64,000 bases of DNA from NCBI GenBank assembly GCA_965206355.1, contig OZ242212.1, positions 2,014,814 through 2,078,813 of the forward strand, in the 5' to 3' direction. The DNA comes from Candidatus Spongiihabitans sp. GTDB lineage: Bacteria > Pseudomonadota > Gammaproteobacteria > Arenicellales > Poriferihabitantaceae. Shown here in pieces: positions 1 to 10,219 of this stretch (positions within the stretch are counted from its first letter, which is position 1; each line of letters starts with the position of its first letter). Made by a program: the position numbers and the translations under genes. Under the pieces are notes generated by a model. It saw nothing but the letters and a program-made list of their open reading frames with translations. It did no database searches and had not been told where the DNA came from.

Positions 1-111
1 TTCAGACGTTTATTAGACATAGTAGATTCTCTTATTTTCAATTTAGTTTGGTTTGTTAAATATCCCCCACCGTTGGCAAATCACCCATAGTGCCAAAGTG
101 GAAAGGTCAGA

Positions 112-1482
112 TTATGAGACATCGAAAATCTGAAGTGCTTCTTCGATACGTCGCGGTGCGATAATCTTGATGTTGGACATACCAGACTTGGGTTTGTTCG
201 CCACTGGAATCAATGCGCGGGTGAATCCCAGTTTTTCTGCTTCTTTGAGGCGTTCCAGACCACGTTGTACCGGTCGCAGCTCACCAGACAAACCGACTTC
301 ACCGAATACAATCAGGTCGCTACCGACTGCCCGGTCTTTAACGCTTGACAGAATCGCCATCAACACCGCCAAATCTGCCGCTGGTTCACCGACCCGGACA
401 CCACCAGTAACATTGGTAAACACATCATAACTGTTCAAAGAAATTCCAGCGTGTCGATGTGCAATCGCCAATAACATTGCCAAGCGATTTTGTTCAAGAC
501 CAACGCATAACCGTCTGGGGTTTGCCAATACGCTATCGTCTGTTAATGCCTGAATTTCAACCAGCAATGGGCGACTCCCCTCTTGTGTCGCCAGCACCAC
601 GCTACCCGGTGTTTCCGCGCCATGCTTACTGACAAACATCGCTGAGGGATTACTTACGTCTTTTAACCCTTGTTCGGTCATTGCGAAAACACCGATTTCA
701 TTAACCGCGCCAAAGCGATTTTTAATAGCGCGAATCAAACGAAAGCTATTTGAACCCTCTCCCTCAAAATATAAAACACTATCAACCATGTGTTCCAAAA
801 TCCGTGGTCCTGCCAGTGCCCCCTCTTTGGTCACATGACCAACCAGAATCACGCAACAGCCACTTTGTTTGGCATATCGTACCAATCTGGCGGCACTTTC
901 TTTCACCTGTGAAACACTGCCCGGTGCTGCACTCAGCAGATCACTGTAAAAGGTCTGAATAGAATCGGCAACCAACACCGCTGGAGATTTTTTTTGGGCA
1001 ACATCCAACAGCGTTTCAAGACGATTTTCTGCCATTATTTGCATATCAGCACCATCCAGACGCAGACGGTGAGCGCGTAATGCAATTTGTTCCGTAGATT
1101 CTTCACCCGTAACGTATAACACCTGAGTATGTTGAGCGATATGACACAGATACTGCAATAACAATGTCGATTTACCGATGCCGGGATCACCGCCAATGAG
1201 GATAACAGAACCCAGTACCAGCCCGCCTCCCAACACGCGGTCGAATTCCGCACTACCACTGGAGATGCGTTTGATATTCTCAATCGCCACCTGCCCGAGC
1301 AGTTGCACATCCACACGCGGTGCAAAACCGGAGAAACGCTCGGTCAATGATGAATGTCGCTGCAACGGTTGTTGCACAAGCGTATTCCATTCCCCACATT
1401 CATTACACTGACCCGACCATTTTAGACTCTCTCCCCCACATTGCGAGCAAAAATAGCCGTATTTTTCTTTAGTTTTAGCCAC
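112..1482 (-). CDS. radA: DNA repair protein RadA/Sms
   Basis: 456-aa ORF with N-terminal zinc ribbon CSQCGGESLKWSGQCNECGEW, Walker A GGDPGIGKST, KNRFG motif (IKNRFGAVNE) and a Lon-protease-like C-terminal domain. Confidence 0.95.
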   Translation of the reverse strand: MAKTKEKYGYFCSQCGGESLKWSGQCNECGEWNTLVQQPLQRHSSLTERFSGFAPRVDVQLLGQVAIENIKRISSGSAEFDRVLGGGLVLGSVILIGGDPGIGKSTLLLQYLCHIAQHTQVLYVTGEESTEQIALRAHRLRLDGADMQIMAENRLETLLDVAQKKSPAVLVADSIQTFYSDLLSAAPGSVSQVKESAARLVRYAKQSGCCVILVGHVTKEGALAGPRILEHMVDSVLYFEGEGSNSFRLIRAIKNRFGAVNEIGVFAMTEQGLKDVSNPSAMFVSKHGAETPGSVVLATQEGSRPLLVEIQALTDDSVLANPRRLCVGLEQNRLAMLLAIAHRHAGISLNSYDVFTNVTGGVRVGEPAADLAVLMAILSSVKDRAVGSDLIVFGEVGLSGELRPVQRGLERLKEAEKLGFTRALIPVANKPKSGMSNIKIIAPRRIEEALQIFDVS

Positions 1483-1486
1483 CCTG

Positions 1487-2569
1487 TTAATTCACCGTTA
1501 CTCTTGGAACACGCGCCGTTACTTGACAAAGCAGCTCATAGGGTACGGTGTTTGCCCATTGCGCCACATCTTCAACAGCCAAGCCATGCCCCCACACCGT
1601 CACCTCATCACCAGCTTTAATGCCCTCCAAATCAGTCACATCAACCGTTATCATATCCATAGAAACCCGTCCAATAATCGTTGCCCGCTGATTGCCAATC
1701 AGCACAGTTGCGCGCGAATCTTCTAATCGGGGATAGCCATCACCATAGCCAAGACCGAGCATGGCAATTCTTGAAGTGCGGCGGCTACGAAAAATACCCC
1801 CATAACCAACCACTTGATTAGCCGCGATTGTTTTAACCGCAATCAAACGTGTCTGTAACTGCATGACTGGCTTCAAATCAAACTTTGCCGTTTTGTCATC
1901 TTGCTGTTGACAGGGGTTCACACCATAGAGCATCAGCCCCGGTCTGACCCATGAAAAATGTGTCGCTTGCCAGCGCATCACGCCGGCAGAATTTGCCAGA
2001 CTCTTTTCACATTTGAATCTATCCGTAGCACGATTAAACACTTGTAGTTGGGTGAGGGTAAAATCATCGTCAATTATATCCGCATTAGCAAGATGAGACA
2101 TTATCCGTACCTCTTTAATAGAACCCATATTCTCAAATTTTTTATAGATGGTTTCCAGTGCTTCTGCACTAACACCGAGTCGGTTCATACCACTATCAAA
2201 TTTAATCCATACTGACAGCGGCTTGCCCTGATATTGCTCCAGCCACCTAACCTGCTGTTGAGTATGCACCACCACATGCAGACGATATTGCTCAAAATAG
2301 TGGAGGTCAGCTTGCCATAATTCGGATAACACCACAATCGGTTTATCGTCCTGCACATGCCGACAGCGAATACCTTCATCAATGCTGGCAACCGCGAAAG
2401 CATCGACCTGATTGTGCAGTGCGGCGCAAATGTTTTCGAGCCCGTGCCCGTAGGCATCGGCCTTAATCACCGCCATCACTCGTGCCTGTGTCGCCTGCCT
2501 AATCTGATTTATGTTGTGTCGTAATGAATCCAGATCAATTAACGCTCTACTGCGCCACGAAGAATTCAT
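1487..2569 (-). CDS. alr: alanine racemase
   Basis: 360-aa ORF with PLP-lysine motif AVIKADAYGHG and C-terminal GYGDGYPR / VSMDM motifs typical of Alr. Confidence 0.9.
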   Translation of the reverse strand: MNSSWRSRALIDLDSLRHNINQIRQATQARVMAVIKADAYGHGLENICAALHNQVDAFAVASIDEGIRCRHVQDDKPIVVLSELWQADLHYFEQYRLHVVVHTQQQVRWLEQYQGKPLSVWIKFDSGMNRLGVSAEALETIYKKFENMGSIKEVRIMSHLANADIIDDDFTLTQLQVFNRATDRFKCEKSLANSAGVMRWQATHFSWVRPGLMLYGVNPCQQQDDKTAKFDLKPVMQLQTRLIAVKTIAANQVVGYGGIFRSRRTSRIAMLGLGYGDGYPRLEDSRATVLIGNQRATIIGRVSMDMITVDVTDLEGIKAGDEVTVWGHGLAVEDVAQWANTVPYELLCQVTARVPRVTVN

Positions 2570-2665
2570 TGATCGGAGAGAATCAAGTAGGTTGATGAGA
2601 AATTATTGGTTTTACCACGCTCCATTGTGCCATGATATTCCATCAATCCGAGTTACTCGGTACTA

Positions 2666-4042
2666 CTACGCGTAGTCACTAAAATCTGATTTGGCCAAGT
2701 TCTCAAAGCGAGTAAACTCCCCAAGAAACGCCAGTCTTGTCGTGCCAATCGGACCGTTTCGTTGTTTACCAATCACCACCTCGGCAATGCCTTTTTGCTC
2801 GGTATCCTCGTTATACACTTCATCCCGATAGATAAAGAAGATAACATCGGCATCCTGTTCAATCGCACCCGATTCCCTGAGATCGGACATAATCGGTCGT
2901 TTATTCGGGCGTTGTTCCAGACTGCGATTTAACTGTGACAAAGCAACCACTGGAACCTTCAACTCCCGCGCCAGCATTTTCAAGGCACGGGTAATTCCGG
3001 ATATTTCCGTAGCACGATTTTCAGTACTTTCCGATGCCTGCATAAGCTGAATATAATCCACCACTATTAAGCCTAATTGCCCCTGTTCAATCGCCATTCT
3101 GCGCGCTCTTGAGCGCAAATCAAGCGCATTGAGACCGCCTGAATCATCCACAAATATCGATACTTGATCCAACAATGCCATAGCAGACGTTAATCGTGTC
3201 CAGTCCAGATCATTGAGGCGACCGGTGCGGATTTTATTGGAATTGATTCTTCCCAGCGATGCCAGCATCCGCATCGCTAGTTGTTCTGCCGGCATTTCCA
3301 TACTGAATATAGCGACCGGCAATTTTTGCTCAACCGCGACATATTCGGCAATATTCATCGCAAAAGAGGTTTTACCCATAGACGGTCGCCCTGCCACAAT
3401 AACTAAATCCCCCGGCTGCAATCCCGCGGTCTTCTCATCAAGGTCAATAAAGCCAGTTGCAATACCGGTTATCGCATCTTTTGAGTTAGCCAGTTCGTGA
3501 ATACGATCAATGGAGCGCGACAGTAAATCCTGAATAGAAGCGAAGCCTTTTTGACTGTGACCATCGCGCTCAGAAATTTCAAACACCAGATGCTCCGCCT
3601 TATCGAGAATCTCACGCGGCGTTCGCCCTTGTGGATGATACGCACTGGTAGAAATATCATTGGCTGCGGTAATCAGTGAACGCAAGATAGCACGTTCCCT
3701 AACAATCTTCGCATACGTTAAAATATTTGCCGCACTGGGGGTGTTATTCGCCAATGTACCGATATAGGCAAGACCGCCAGCATTGTCCAACTTGTCTTCA
3801 GACTCCAGCCGTTCAGATGTGGTAACTACATCGGCTGGCTCCCCAGCATCCTGCAAAGCAGAAATAGCCGCAAAAATCAGTTGGTGACTTTGACTGTAAA
3901 AATCATGGACATGCACTTCATCAATAACCTCATGCCACTTATAATTATCCAACAACAAACCACCCAACAAAGACTGCTCTGCCTCCAGTGACTGGGGTGG
4001 CAATTTCGGCGAATTGGTTATAAATGATACGGTTTCAGGCAA
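2666..4042 (-). CDS. dnaB: replicative DNA helicase DnaB
   Basis: 458-aa ORF with N-terminal PPQSLEAEQSLLGGLL motif, Walker A GRPSMGKTSFA and Walker B LIVVDYIQLM. Confidence 0.95.
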   Translation of the reverse strand: MPETVSFITNSPKLPPQSLEAEQSLLGGLLLDNYKWHEVIDEVHVHDFYSQSHQLIFAAISALQDAGEPADVVTTSERLESEDKLDNAGGLAYIGTLANNTPSAANILTYAKIVRERAILRSLITAANDISTSAYHPQGRTPREILDKAEHLVFEISERDGHSQKGFASIQDLLSRSIDRIHELANSKDAITGIATGFIDLDEKTAGLQPGDLVIVAGRPSMGKTSFAMNIAEYVAVEQKLPVAIFSMEMPAEQLAMRMLASLGRINSNKIRTGRLNDLDWTRLTSAMALLDQVSIFVDDSGGLNALDLRSRARRMAIEQGQLGLIVVDYIQLMQASESTENRATEISGITRALKMLARELKVPVVALSQLNRSLEQRPNKRPIMSDLRESGAIEQDADVIFFIYRDEVYNEDTEQKGIAEVVIGKQRNGPIGTTRLAFLGEFTRFENLAKSDFSDYA

Positions 4043-4145
4043 TGGACAATGAACAGATTGGTCGGTGATTATTCAGATAATTGTTTAGGTGTTTATGGTA
4101 TCAGTAACGATCTGTTGTAACACTACCGAAACACGAAAAAGACGC

Positions 4146-4177
4146 AAAAAAAAAGCACCACAATTGCGATGCTTTTT
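4146..4177 (-). terminator. probable rho-independent terminator after rplI
   Basis: On the minus strand an imperfect hairpin (AGCATCGCAATTGTGGTGCT) is followed by a run of 9 T, about 75 nt downstream of the rplI stop. Confidence 0.5.
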
Positions 4178-4252
4178 CTGATAGGTTTGTTACTTTTTTC
4201 TTCTAATTTACTTAAAAAATATGCGCTATCCTATTATTTTTTAATAAAACAA

Positions 4253-4747
4253 TCATTCACTATCACTGATATCATCAGCTACAGTAGTGCTTGTATCACC
4301 CGCACGTTCACCTTGTACTGTGATTTTGACAGTAAAACGCACTTGCGGGTGCAGTATGACATCCGCCTCAAACTCACCGACATTTTTTATCGGCCCATCA
4401 GGCTGGGTGATTTCAGATTTCTCGATGCGGGTTCCCGCTTCGGTTAAGGCTTCCGCAATATCAATTGGAGACACCGATCCATAAAGTTGTCCCTCTTCAC
4501 CACATAATCGCGTCAGCGTAATGGCTTTCACCGCAAAATCTGCACGCGCTTTCGCACCATCCAGACGTTTACCCTCCTCTGCGGCTAATTGTCGCCGCCT
4601 CTCTTCCACGATAGCTCTTGCATCAGCGGTAGCAAGCACTGCCTTTTTATGAGGAATTAAAAAATTACGCGCATAGCCATTTTTTACATTAGCAACATCA
4701 CCAATCTCGCCGATATTTTGGATTCTTTCTAACAGAATAATTTCCAT
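4253..4747 (-). CDS. rplI: 50S ribosomal protein L9
   Basis: 164-aa ORF starting MEIILLERIQNIGEIGDVANVKNGYARNFLIP, the classic L9 N-terminus; sits in rpsF-rpsR-rplI order. Confidence 0.9.
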   Translation of the reverse strand: MEIILLERIQNIGEIGDVANVKNGYARNFLIPHKKAVLATADARAIVEERRRQLAAEEGKRLDGAKARADFAVKAITLTRLCGEEGQLYGSVSPIDIAEALTEAGTRIEKSEITQPDGPIKNVGEFEADVILHPQVRFTVKITVQGERAGDTSTTVADDISDSE

Positions 4748-4758
4748 AGCAACTCTCC

Positions 4759-4992
4759 TTAATTGTCGTGTTGATCAGTATAAGGGATTAACGCAAGAAA
4801 TCTGGCGCGTTTAATCGCTGTCGCTAACTGCCGCTGAAAATGTGCTTTGGTACCAGTACTACGACGCGACAAAATTTTCCCAGTCTCTCCAATATTCGCA
4901 GTCAGAATATCCATATCTTTATAATCGATAGCGTGAACACCCTCTACGGTGAACTTGCAGAATCGTGGTCGTCTTTGAAATTTACGCATCAT
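4759..4992 (-). CDS. rpsR: 30S ribosomal protein S18
   Basis: 77-aa ORF with IDYKD...[19 protein letters not shown] and [11 protein letters not shown] motifs. Confidence 0.9.
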   Translation of the reverse strand: MMRKFQRRPRFCKFTVEGVHAIDYKDMDILTANIGETGKILSRRSTGTKAHFQRQLATAIKRARFLALIPYTDQHDN

Positions 4993-5570
4993 ACTATTCC
5001 TCCATTTTTAAGTGCCGCATCTTTGATAGACTCTTCTTCAAGACTATCCTCTTCAAGGGCATATTCATCAAGAACGGCGTCATCAAGAACGGAGTCATCA
5101 AGAACGGAGTCATCAAGAGCTACCTCATCAGGCGGCAACTTCGCCAAATCATTTTCAGCCAATTTTGCAACATCCTTGTCTAATGTATCATCGCCATCAA
5201 CAGCGGATGTCAATTTGGCTACTTTTTCAGCCTCCACGACATCCTCCCGCGCTTTCTCTCTGGCTATCGGCGACTCCTCTGTCACGGCTGCCTTTCTGCG
5301 AATAACCAAGTGTCGTAAAATGAAGTCGTTAAACTTGAAGTTATTCTCGATCTCTCCTAGAACCTTGAGATCACATTCAATATTCAGCATCACATAATGC
5401 GCTTTATGCACATCATTGATTATATACGCCAAACGTCTGCGACCCCAGTTTTCAACGCGATGAACCTGACCCTGACCGGATATAACCACATTCCGATAAC
5501 GCTCAATCATGGCGGGGACTTGTTCACCCTGATCCGGATGGACCAGAAAGGTAATTTCGTAATGTCTCAT
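4989..5570 (-). CDS. rpsF: 30S ribosomal protein S6 with a long acidic repeat-containing C-terminal extension
   Basis: Starts [14 protein letters not shown] (S6 signature). At 193 aa it is longer than the ~130 aa I expect for bacterial S6; the tail contains [18 protein letters not shown] repeats. Confidence 0.9.
   Translation of the reverse strand: MRHYEITFLVHPDQGEQVPAMIERYRNVVISGQGQVHRVENWGRRRLAYIINDVHKAHYVMLNIECDLKVLGEIENNFKFNDFILRHLVIRRKAAVTEESPIAREKAREDVVEAEKVAKLTSAVDGDDTLDKDVAKLAENDLAKLPPDEVALDDSVLDDSVLDDAVLDEYALEEDSLEEESIKDAALKNGGIV
5066..5119. repeat. 15-bp tandem repeat (about 3.6 units) inside the rpsF 3' region
   Basis: CATCAAGAACGGNGT occurs at 5066, 5081 and 5096, with a partial unit at 5111. 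The repeat is in frame and encodes (V/A)LDDS pentapeptides. Confidence 0.85.
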
Positions 5571-5775
5571 TATTGCTCCCTATGGTTAGGTATCTTCCCG
5601 CTCGCCACACTTTTAGGCAACAAACACTGGAGTGGTGAAGAAAGGAGTTAGTAAACGGTGCGCGGGCGATTCTATATCAAGCATTTCGCTTATACAATAG
5701 CAATATCGTCAGAAATGTTGCTAGTGTAAACCCAAAAGCCGTCATGTTCAGTCGCGTTCGGGTTTAACACTATTA

Positions 5776-5914
5776 GAGACCTTTGCACGGAAGATGATTT
5801 CGCTTTTAGGCAAGGCAAAAACGCACGGAATGAGGGAGTTTATGCTTATAAATGACCGATTGAGTACGATTTTAACGCAGCATGCAGGTGAAATGGCTTT
5901 CGTGCAAAGGTCTC
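5776..5914 (-). mobile_element. MITE copy 1 (139 bp, short variant)
   Basis: Terminal inverted repeats GAGACCTTTGCACG...CGTGCAAAGGTCTC, flanked by a 5-bp direct duplication TATTA (5771-5775 and 5915-5919). Confidence 0.85.
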
Positions 5915-6162
5915 TATTAGACATAAACAGATACCCTCAACATTGAGGAGAGAAAAATCATGGACACCCACATCCCCCTGCGTGATAACTGTGTTATGAT
6001 GATTACTGTTGTTATGATCAGATGGTACTTGTGCTGAAACTCAAGATAACAAAATTGTCTAGTAATTAGCCAAAACAACTTGATTTTTAAGAATATATGG
6101 TCAGCGGATAACTTTGGTTGTTGCCTGTTGCAATGCTCCATTTTCAATTTTCAAGCGTTTGT

Positions 6163-7311
6163 TTAACCTGCCTGAAAATGACGCAGTGCTGCTCCGTTTA
6201 CAATTACCTTTCTGGCGCGCTCCGCGCCATCCGCCAGAGTTGAAGCTAGTCCAACGTGTCTGAGACCGATAGCCACGCCATAGATTAAACTGTCACGCAT
6301 GGGACCAGTGTTATTTGCCAGCGCATCCAGTCCTAGCTGCAGATTATGCTCCACTACCGCATGCAATTTATCGCTGTTCTGAAAGCCGGTTTGTTTGATG
6401 GCTTCTGCATACCGTTGTGGGATAGCAAGCATACGCACATCCTGCTCAATCCCCAGTTGTTTGGGGTCAAGCTGATGTAATTCTATGAGCGCATTGTCGG
6501 CATCATCAGCGTACTCGCTCTGATAGCCGAAATATCGAGATAATTGACTTAGCGAGGGAATACAACCACCTTCGGTGCCACGCACAATCATCGCCGAATC
6601 AAATCCGCTCTGCTTTGCCAGCATCGCATAAATAGGTGGATAAGCCTTATGCACAAATCCGCTCATCAGATGAGTACTTCGGCAACCTGACAACGGTTTC
6701 AACACCACCTCAAGTGTTGACAAGCAACTGCGCTTGACTATCGCCTCACGCAGTTCAAGCAGATTGTGCAACTCGGGGATATAGTGCCTCTGATCGAGAT
6801 AGCTCCAACCCACCTTGCCATCATCCAGACAAGAAACACTATCCGTCAGGTTTCTGTCAACATTTTTTCCTGCCGCTTCCAACACCAAACGTGTGGTAAT
6901 ACCGTATTTCGGGCCGACTGCCTCAAGCCCATGGGTATAGGTGGGCAAACCCGATGCCGCAAATACCGCAGGCAGAAAGGGGGTTGCGCTCAAGCCGCGC
7001 AAATAGCCATTAAAAGGATCGGCTATCGCCAGAATTTGCGCGGCTGTTGTTTGTTGCGTGCGTGTTTTCTTGATTAAGGCAGTTAAAATACCCCGATTTT
7101 CTGCCTCGCTCTCGCGTTTCATGCGCAATACGATAAGAAATAATCCTGCACGAACCGCATCAATCTCACCATTAAGAATCATCGACATAGCGTCTTCAGC
7201 CTGTGCCTGATTCAGTGATTTACTCAATTCCGGTCCGGTGGCAACACGTTGCAGATAGGCGCGCATCCGCGCTTGCGGGTTGGTTGTCTTGTTCACGGTA
7301 TCGGCGCTCAT
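6163..7311 (-). CDS. glycosyl transferase family 3 / anthranilate phosphoribosyltransferase-like (TrpD2-type) protein
   Basis: N-terminal helical region (LSKSLNQAQAEDAMSMILNGEIDAVRAGLFLIVLRMKRES) and a G-rich core resemble the TrpD fold. The ORF is open to 7422, but the MSADTV start at 7311 avoids abutting etfA; the start is uncertain. Confidence 0.5.
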   Translation of the reverse strand: MSADTVNKTTNPQARMRAYLQRVATGPELSKSLNQAQAEDAMSMILNGEIDAVRAGLFLIVLRMKRESEAENRGILTALIKKTRTQQTTAAQILAIADPFNGYLRGLSATPFLPAVFAASGLPTYTHGLEAVGPKYGITTRLVLEAAGKNVDRNLTDSVSCLDDGKVGWSYLDQRHYIPELHNLLELREAIVKRSCLSTLEVVLKPLSGCRSTHLMSGFVHKAYPPIYAMLAKQSGFDSAMIVRGTEGGCIPSLSQLSRYFGYQSEYADDADNALIELHQLDPKQLGIEQDVRMLAIPQRYAEAIKQTGFQNSDKLHAVVEHNLQLGLDALANNTGPMRDSLIYGVAIGLRHVGLASTLADGAERARKVIVNGAALRHFQAG

Positions 7312-7422
7312 TTCCCCGCGCTTGCCATTCACATCAAATCGCCTATAATCACCGCCCTGATCCAACGAAAGCCGCCAAACTCTAGCCAACTCTGACAAAC
7401 TTGGGCAAGCGTAATACCACAA

Positions 7423-8382
7423 CTATTTTTCTAGCTCTGCCTGTAACGCCGGCACAGCCACAAACAAATCCTCATTCCAGCCATAGTCAGCAATCTGAAA
7501 GATGGGAGCTTCGGCATCATTATTGATGGCAACGATGACTTTTGAGTCTTTCATTCCAGCCAGATGCTGAATCGCACCCGAAATACCCACTGCCATATAC
7601 AAATCTGGTGCAACTACTTTTCCGGTTTGTCCAACCTGATAGTCATTGGGGACAAATCCGGCATCAACCGCTGCCCGCGATGCACCAACGGCACCGCCAA
7701 GCTGATCAGCCAGTTTTTCAAGTATCGAAAAGTTCTCTCCGCTTTGCATCCCACGCCCACCCGAAACAACCACTCGGGCAGAAGTTAATTCTGGTCGTTC
7801 AGTGGCACTCAGTGCCTGTCCAACAAACTGCACCGCAGTGGTCGCACCGACCTCATCCAGCTTTTCAATGTCAGCACCGTCGTCGGCACTTTCAGCATCA
7901 GCCGCTTCAAATGCCGTGGTGCGGACGGTAATCATTTTCACCGCATCAGCAGATTTCACCTTTGACAACGCATTACCCGCATAAATTGATCGCACAAAGG
8001 TATCGCCATCAACCACCTCGCTAATATCCGAGATTGCCTGTACATCACACAGTGCAGCTGCATAGGGAATCAATGCCTTGCCAAAGGTTGAAGCGGCTGC
8101 CAGCACATGACTGTAAGCCGTGCTATCAACCACTGATTTCACCAGTGCCGCGGTGTTTTCAGTAATCTCATTGGCATAAGCAGCACAATCACACAGTCGT
8201 ACCTGACTAACCCCGACTATTTTCGCTGCCGCTTCGGCAACACCCGTGCAGTCCTGACCGACAACCAAAACATGCACATCGCCACCCACTGCTGTGGCAA
8301 TTTTTGTGGCAGCGGTTACGGTATTGAGGGTTGCTAATGCTAATACCGATTTATCGTGCTCTGCTATTACCAGAATACTCAT
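7423..8382 (-). CDS. etfA: electron transfer flavoprotein subunit alpha
   Basis: 319-aa ORF with C-terminal FAD-binding motifs VVSGGRG, GASRAAVDAG and QVGQTGKVVAPDLYMAVGISGAIQH. Confidence 0.9.
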   Translation of the reverse strand: MSILVIAEHDKSVLALATLNTVTAATKIATAVGGDVHVLVVGQDCTGVAEAAAKIVGVSQVRLCDCAAYANEITENTAALVKSVVDSTAYSHVLAAASTFGKALIPYAAALCDVQAISDISEVVDGDTFVRSIYAGNALSKVKSADAVKMITVRTTAFEAADAESADDGADIEKLDEVGATTAVQFVGQALSATERPELTSARVVVSGGRGMQSGENFSILEKLADQLGGAVGASRAAVDAGFVPNDYQVGQTGKVVAPDLYMAVGISGAIQHLAGMKDSKVIVAINNDAEAPIFQIADYGWNEDLFVAVPALQAELEK

Positions 8383-9132
8383 TTAAATCACCTTCGCTTC
8401 GTTTTTTAGTTTATCAACCAATTCAGCCGCACTTGCAACCATAATACCCGCATCTCGCTCCGCCGGTTCGGTGACTTGTAGCACTTCAATACGATTACTG
8501 ACATCCACCGCCAACTGTTCGGGCGTTATCATATCAATGGGTTTCTTCTTCGCCTTCATAATATTCGGCAAGGAAGCATATCGCGGCTCGTTCAGTCGCA
8601 AGTCAGTGGTCACCACCGCAGGACAGGTTATTTGTAATTGTTCCAATCCGGCATCAATTTCCCGAGTAATCGCAAATCCGCCGTCATTCTTTTCTATTTT
8701 AGAAATATAACTTCCCAGTGGTCGTTGCATAATCGCAGCCAGCATCTGACCGGTTTGATTATTGTCGTCATCAATAGATTGTTTACCGAGAATAATCAGA
8801 TCGGTTGCTTCTTGTTCTGCGACCGCTTTAATCATTTTAGCAATCACCAGCGGTTCCAATATGGCATCAGTATTGATATGAATGCCACGGTCAGCACCCA
8901 TTGCCAGACCCGAACGAATCGTTTCTTGACATTTTTCAGGACCGGCAGAAAGCAGAATAACCTCTTCAGCATGTCCGGCTTCTTTCAGACGCAACGCTTC
9001 CTCCACCGCAATTTCGCAAAACGGGTTCATCGCCATTTTAACATTAGCTGTTTCAACACCTGTTTGGTCAGCCTTAACTCTAACCCTGATGTTTGCGTCA
9101 ATGACGCGTTTGATAGGTACCAGTATCTTCAT
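8383..9132 (-). CDS. etfB: electron transfer flavoprotein subunit beta
   Basis: 249-aa ORF starting MKILVPIKRVID, with NPFCEIAVEEALRLKE; directly upstream of and adjacent to etfA. Confidence 0.9.
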   Translation of the reverse strand: MKILVPIKRVIDANIRVRVKADQTGVETANVKMAMNPFCEIAVEEALRLKEAGHAEEVILLSAGPEKCQETIRSGLAMGADRGIHINTDAILEPLVIAKMIKAVAEQEATDLIILGKQSIDDDNNQTGQMLAAIMQRPLGSYISKIEKNDGGFAITREIDAGLEQLQITCPAVVTTDLRLNEPRYASLPNIMKAKKKPIDMITPEQLAVDVSNRIEVLQVTEPAERDAGIMVASAAELVDKLKNEAKVI

Positions 9133-9348
9133 TTCGTTGATTCTCCTCGAAACAATGGATGGATAGCGAAAATTGGCGCGGATTTTACCCTAATATTAAT
9201 ATGGTGAGTAGTCGCTTATCCACTTAAATTAGCATAAATTTCACATCATAAAAAGATGACATTGTGCCGACCATTGGGACGATCATTAAGGTAAGATACA
9301 CCCTATTTTTGTACAGTTTTGTACGGGATAGCCCGTCATTAGCGCATT

Positions 9349-10140
9349 ATGCCAGAAAAACAATCTGTCGCCTTAGAACAATATGTGCAAACTGCCATTG
9401 AGGCAGCCGATCAGGCGCGTATTATCACCCGAAAATGGTTCCGTTCGGAGATGACCGTTGCTAACAAGCAGGACAAAACGCCAGTAACGATTGCTGACCA
9501 GCAAACCGAGCAGGTAATCAAAGACATCATCCTCAATCGCTATCCGCAGCACGGTTTTTTCGGTGAGGAAAGCGGTCAGCAGTTAAACCATGCTGAATGG
9601 CAATGGGTTGTTGATCCTATTGACGGCACCAAATGTTTCGCAACTGGCATGCCTACTTTTGGCACCTTGATTGGCTTGTTGTATCAGCAAGTGCCGGTCA
9701 TCGGCATCATTGATCATGCGCTACTGGACGAAAGATGGATTGGCATTCAGGGTTGCGAAACGACTCATAACGGCACGGTTTGTCGCACCCGCTCGACTGA
9801 CTCGCTGGCTAATGCGACCGCCTACATCACCACCGTGGATATGTTTGACGAAAGCAACAGCGAACGCGCCCATTCGCTCACTAAAAGCTGTCAATTCCGG
9901 GTATTTGGCGGCGATAGTTACAGTTATGGACTGCTCGCATCCGGCTATAATGATCTAGTGTGCGAAGCCGATCTCAAGCCGTATGATTATTGCGCCCTGA
10001 TAGCGGTGATAAACGGTGCCGGTGGCATAATAACCGACTGGCAAGGCAAGCCACTGACCTTGGCATCGGCTGGCGAAGTGCTGGCATCGGCAAATGCGTC
10101 ATTACATCAGCTTGCCCTAGAAAAACTGATGCAACCGTAA
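9349..10140 (+). CDS. inositol monophosphatase family protein (SuhB/HisN-like)
   Basis: 263-aa ORF with metal-binding motifs FFGEESG and WVVDPIDGTKCF. Confidence 0.8.
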   Translation: MPEKQSVALEQYVQTAIEAADQARIITRKWFRSEMTVANKQDKTPVTIADQQTEQVIKDIILNRYPQHGFFGEESGQQLNHAEWQWVVDPIDGTKCFATGMPTFGTLIGLLYQQVPVIGIIDHALLDERWIGIQGCETTHNGTVCRTRSTDSLANATAYITTVDMFDESNSERAHSLTKSCQFRVFGGDSYSYGLLASGYNDLVCEADLKPYDYCALIAVINGAGGIITDWQGKPLTLASAGEVLASANASLHQLALEKLMQP

Positions 10141-10219
10141 GCGGAATCAAAATCACCATTACTGCCACTCACATTTAGCGGTAAGACATGAACATAAAAA
10201 CAATTGAGGACTCTAATCA

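Noticed and set aside
10-20. TATTAGACATA shared between the window start and the right flank of MITE copy 1 (5915-5925)
   Set aside because: An 11-nt AT-rich match with no extended similarity on either side is most likely chance.
4840-5397. 185-aa Ser-rich plus-strand ORF
   Set aside because: It is antisense to rpsR and rpsF. The serine repeats mirror the acidic repeat of S6, so it is spurious.
5917-6147. 76-aa minus-strand ORF in the spacer between MITE copy 1 and the TrpD-like gene; similarly the ORFs at 13114-13414
   Set aside because: They have no RBS, low-complexity or hydrophobic composition, and overlap promoter or leader regions of better-supported genes. They are treated as non-coding.
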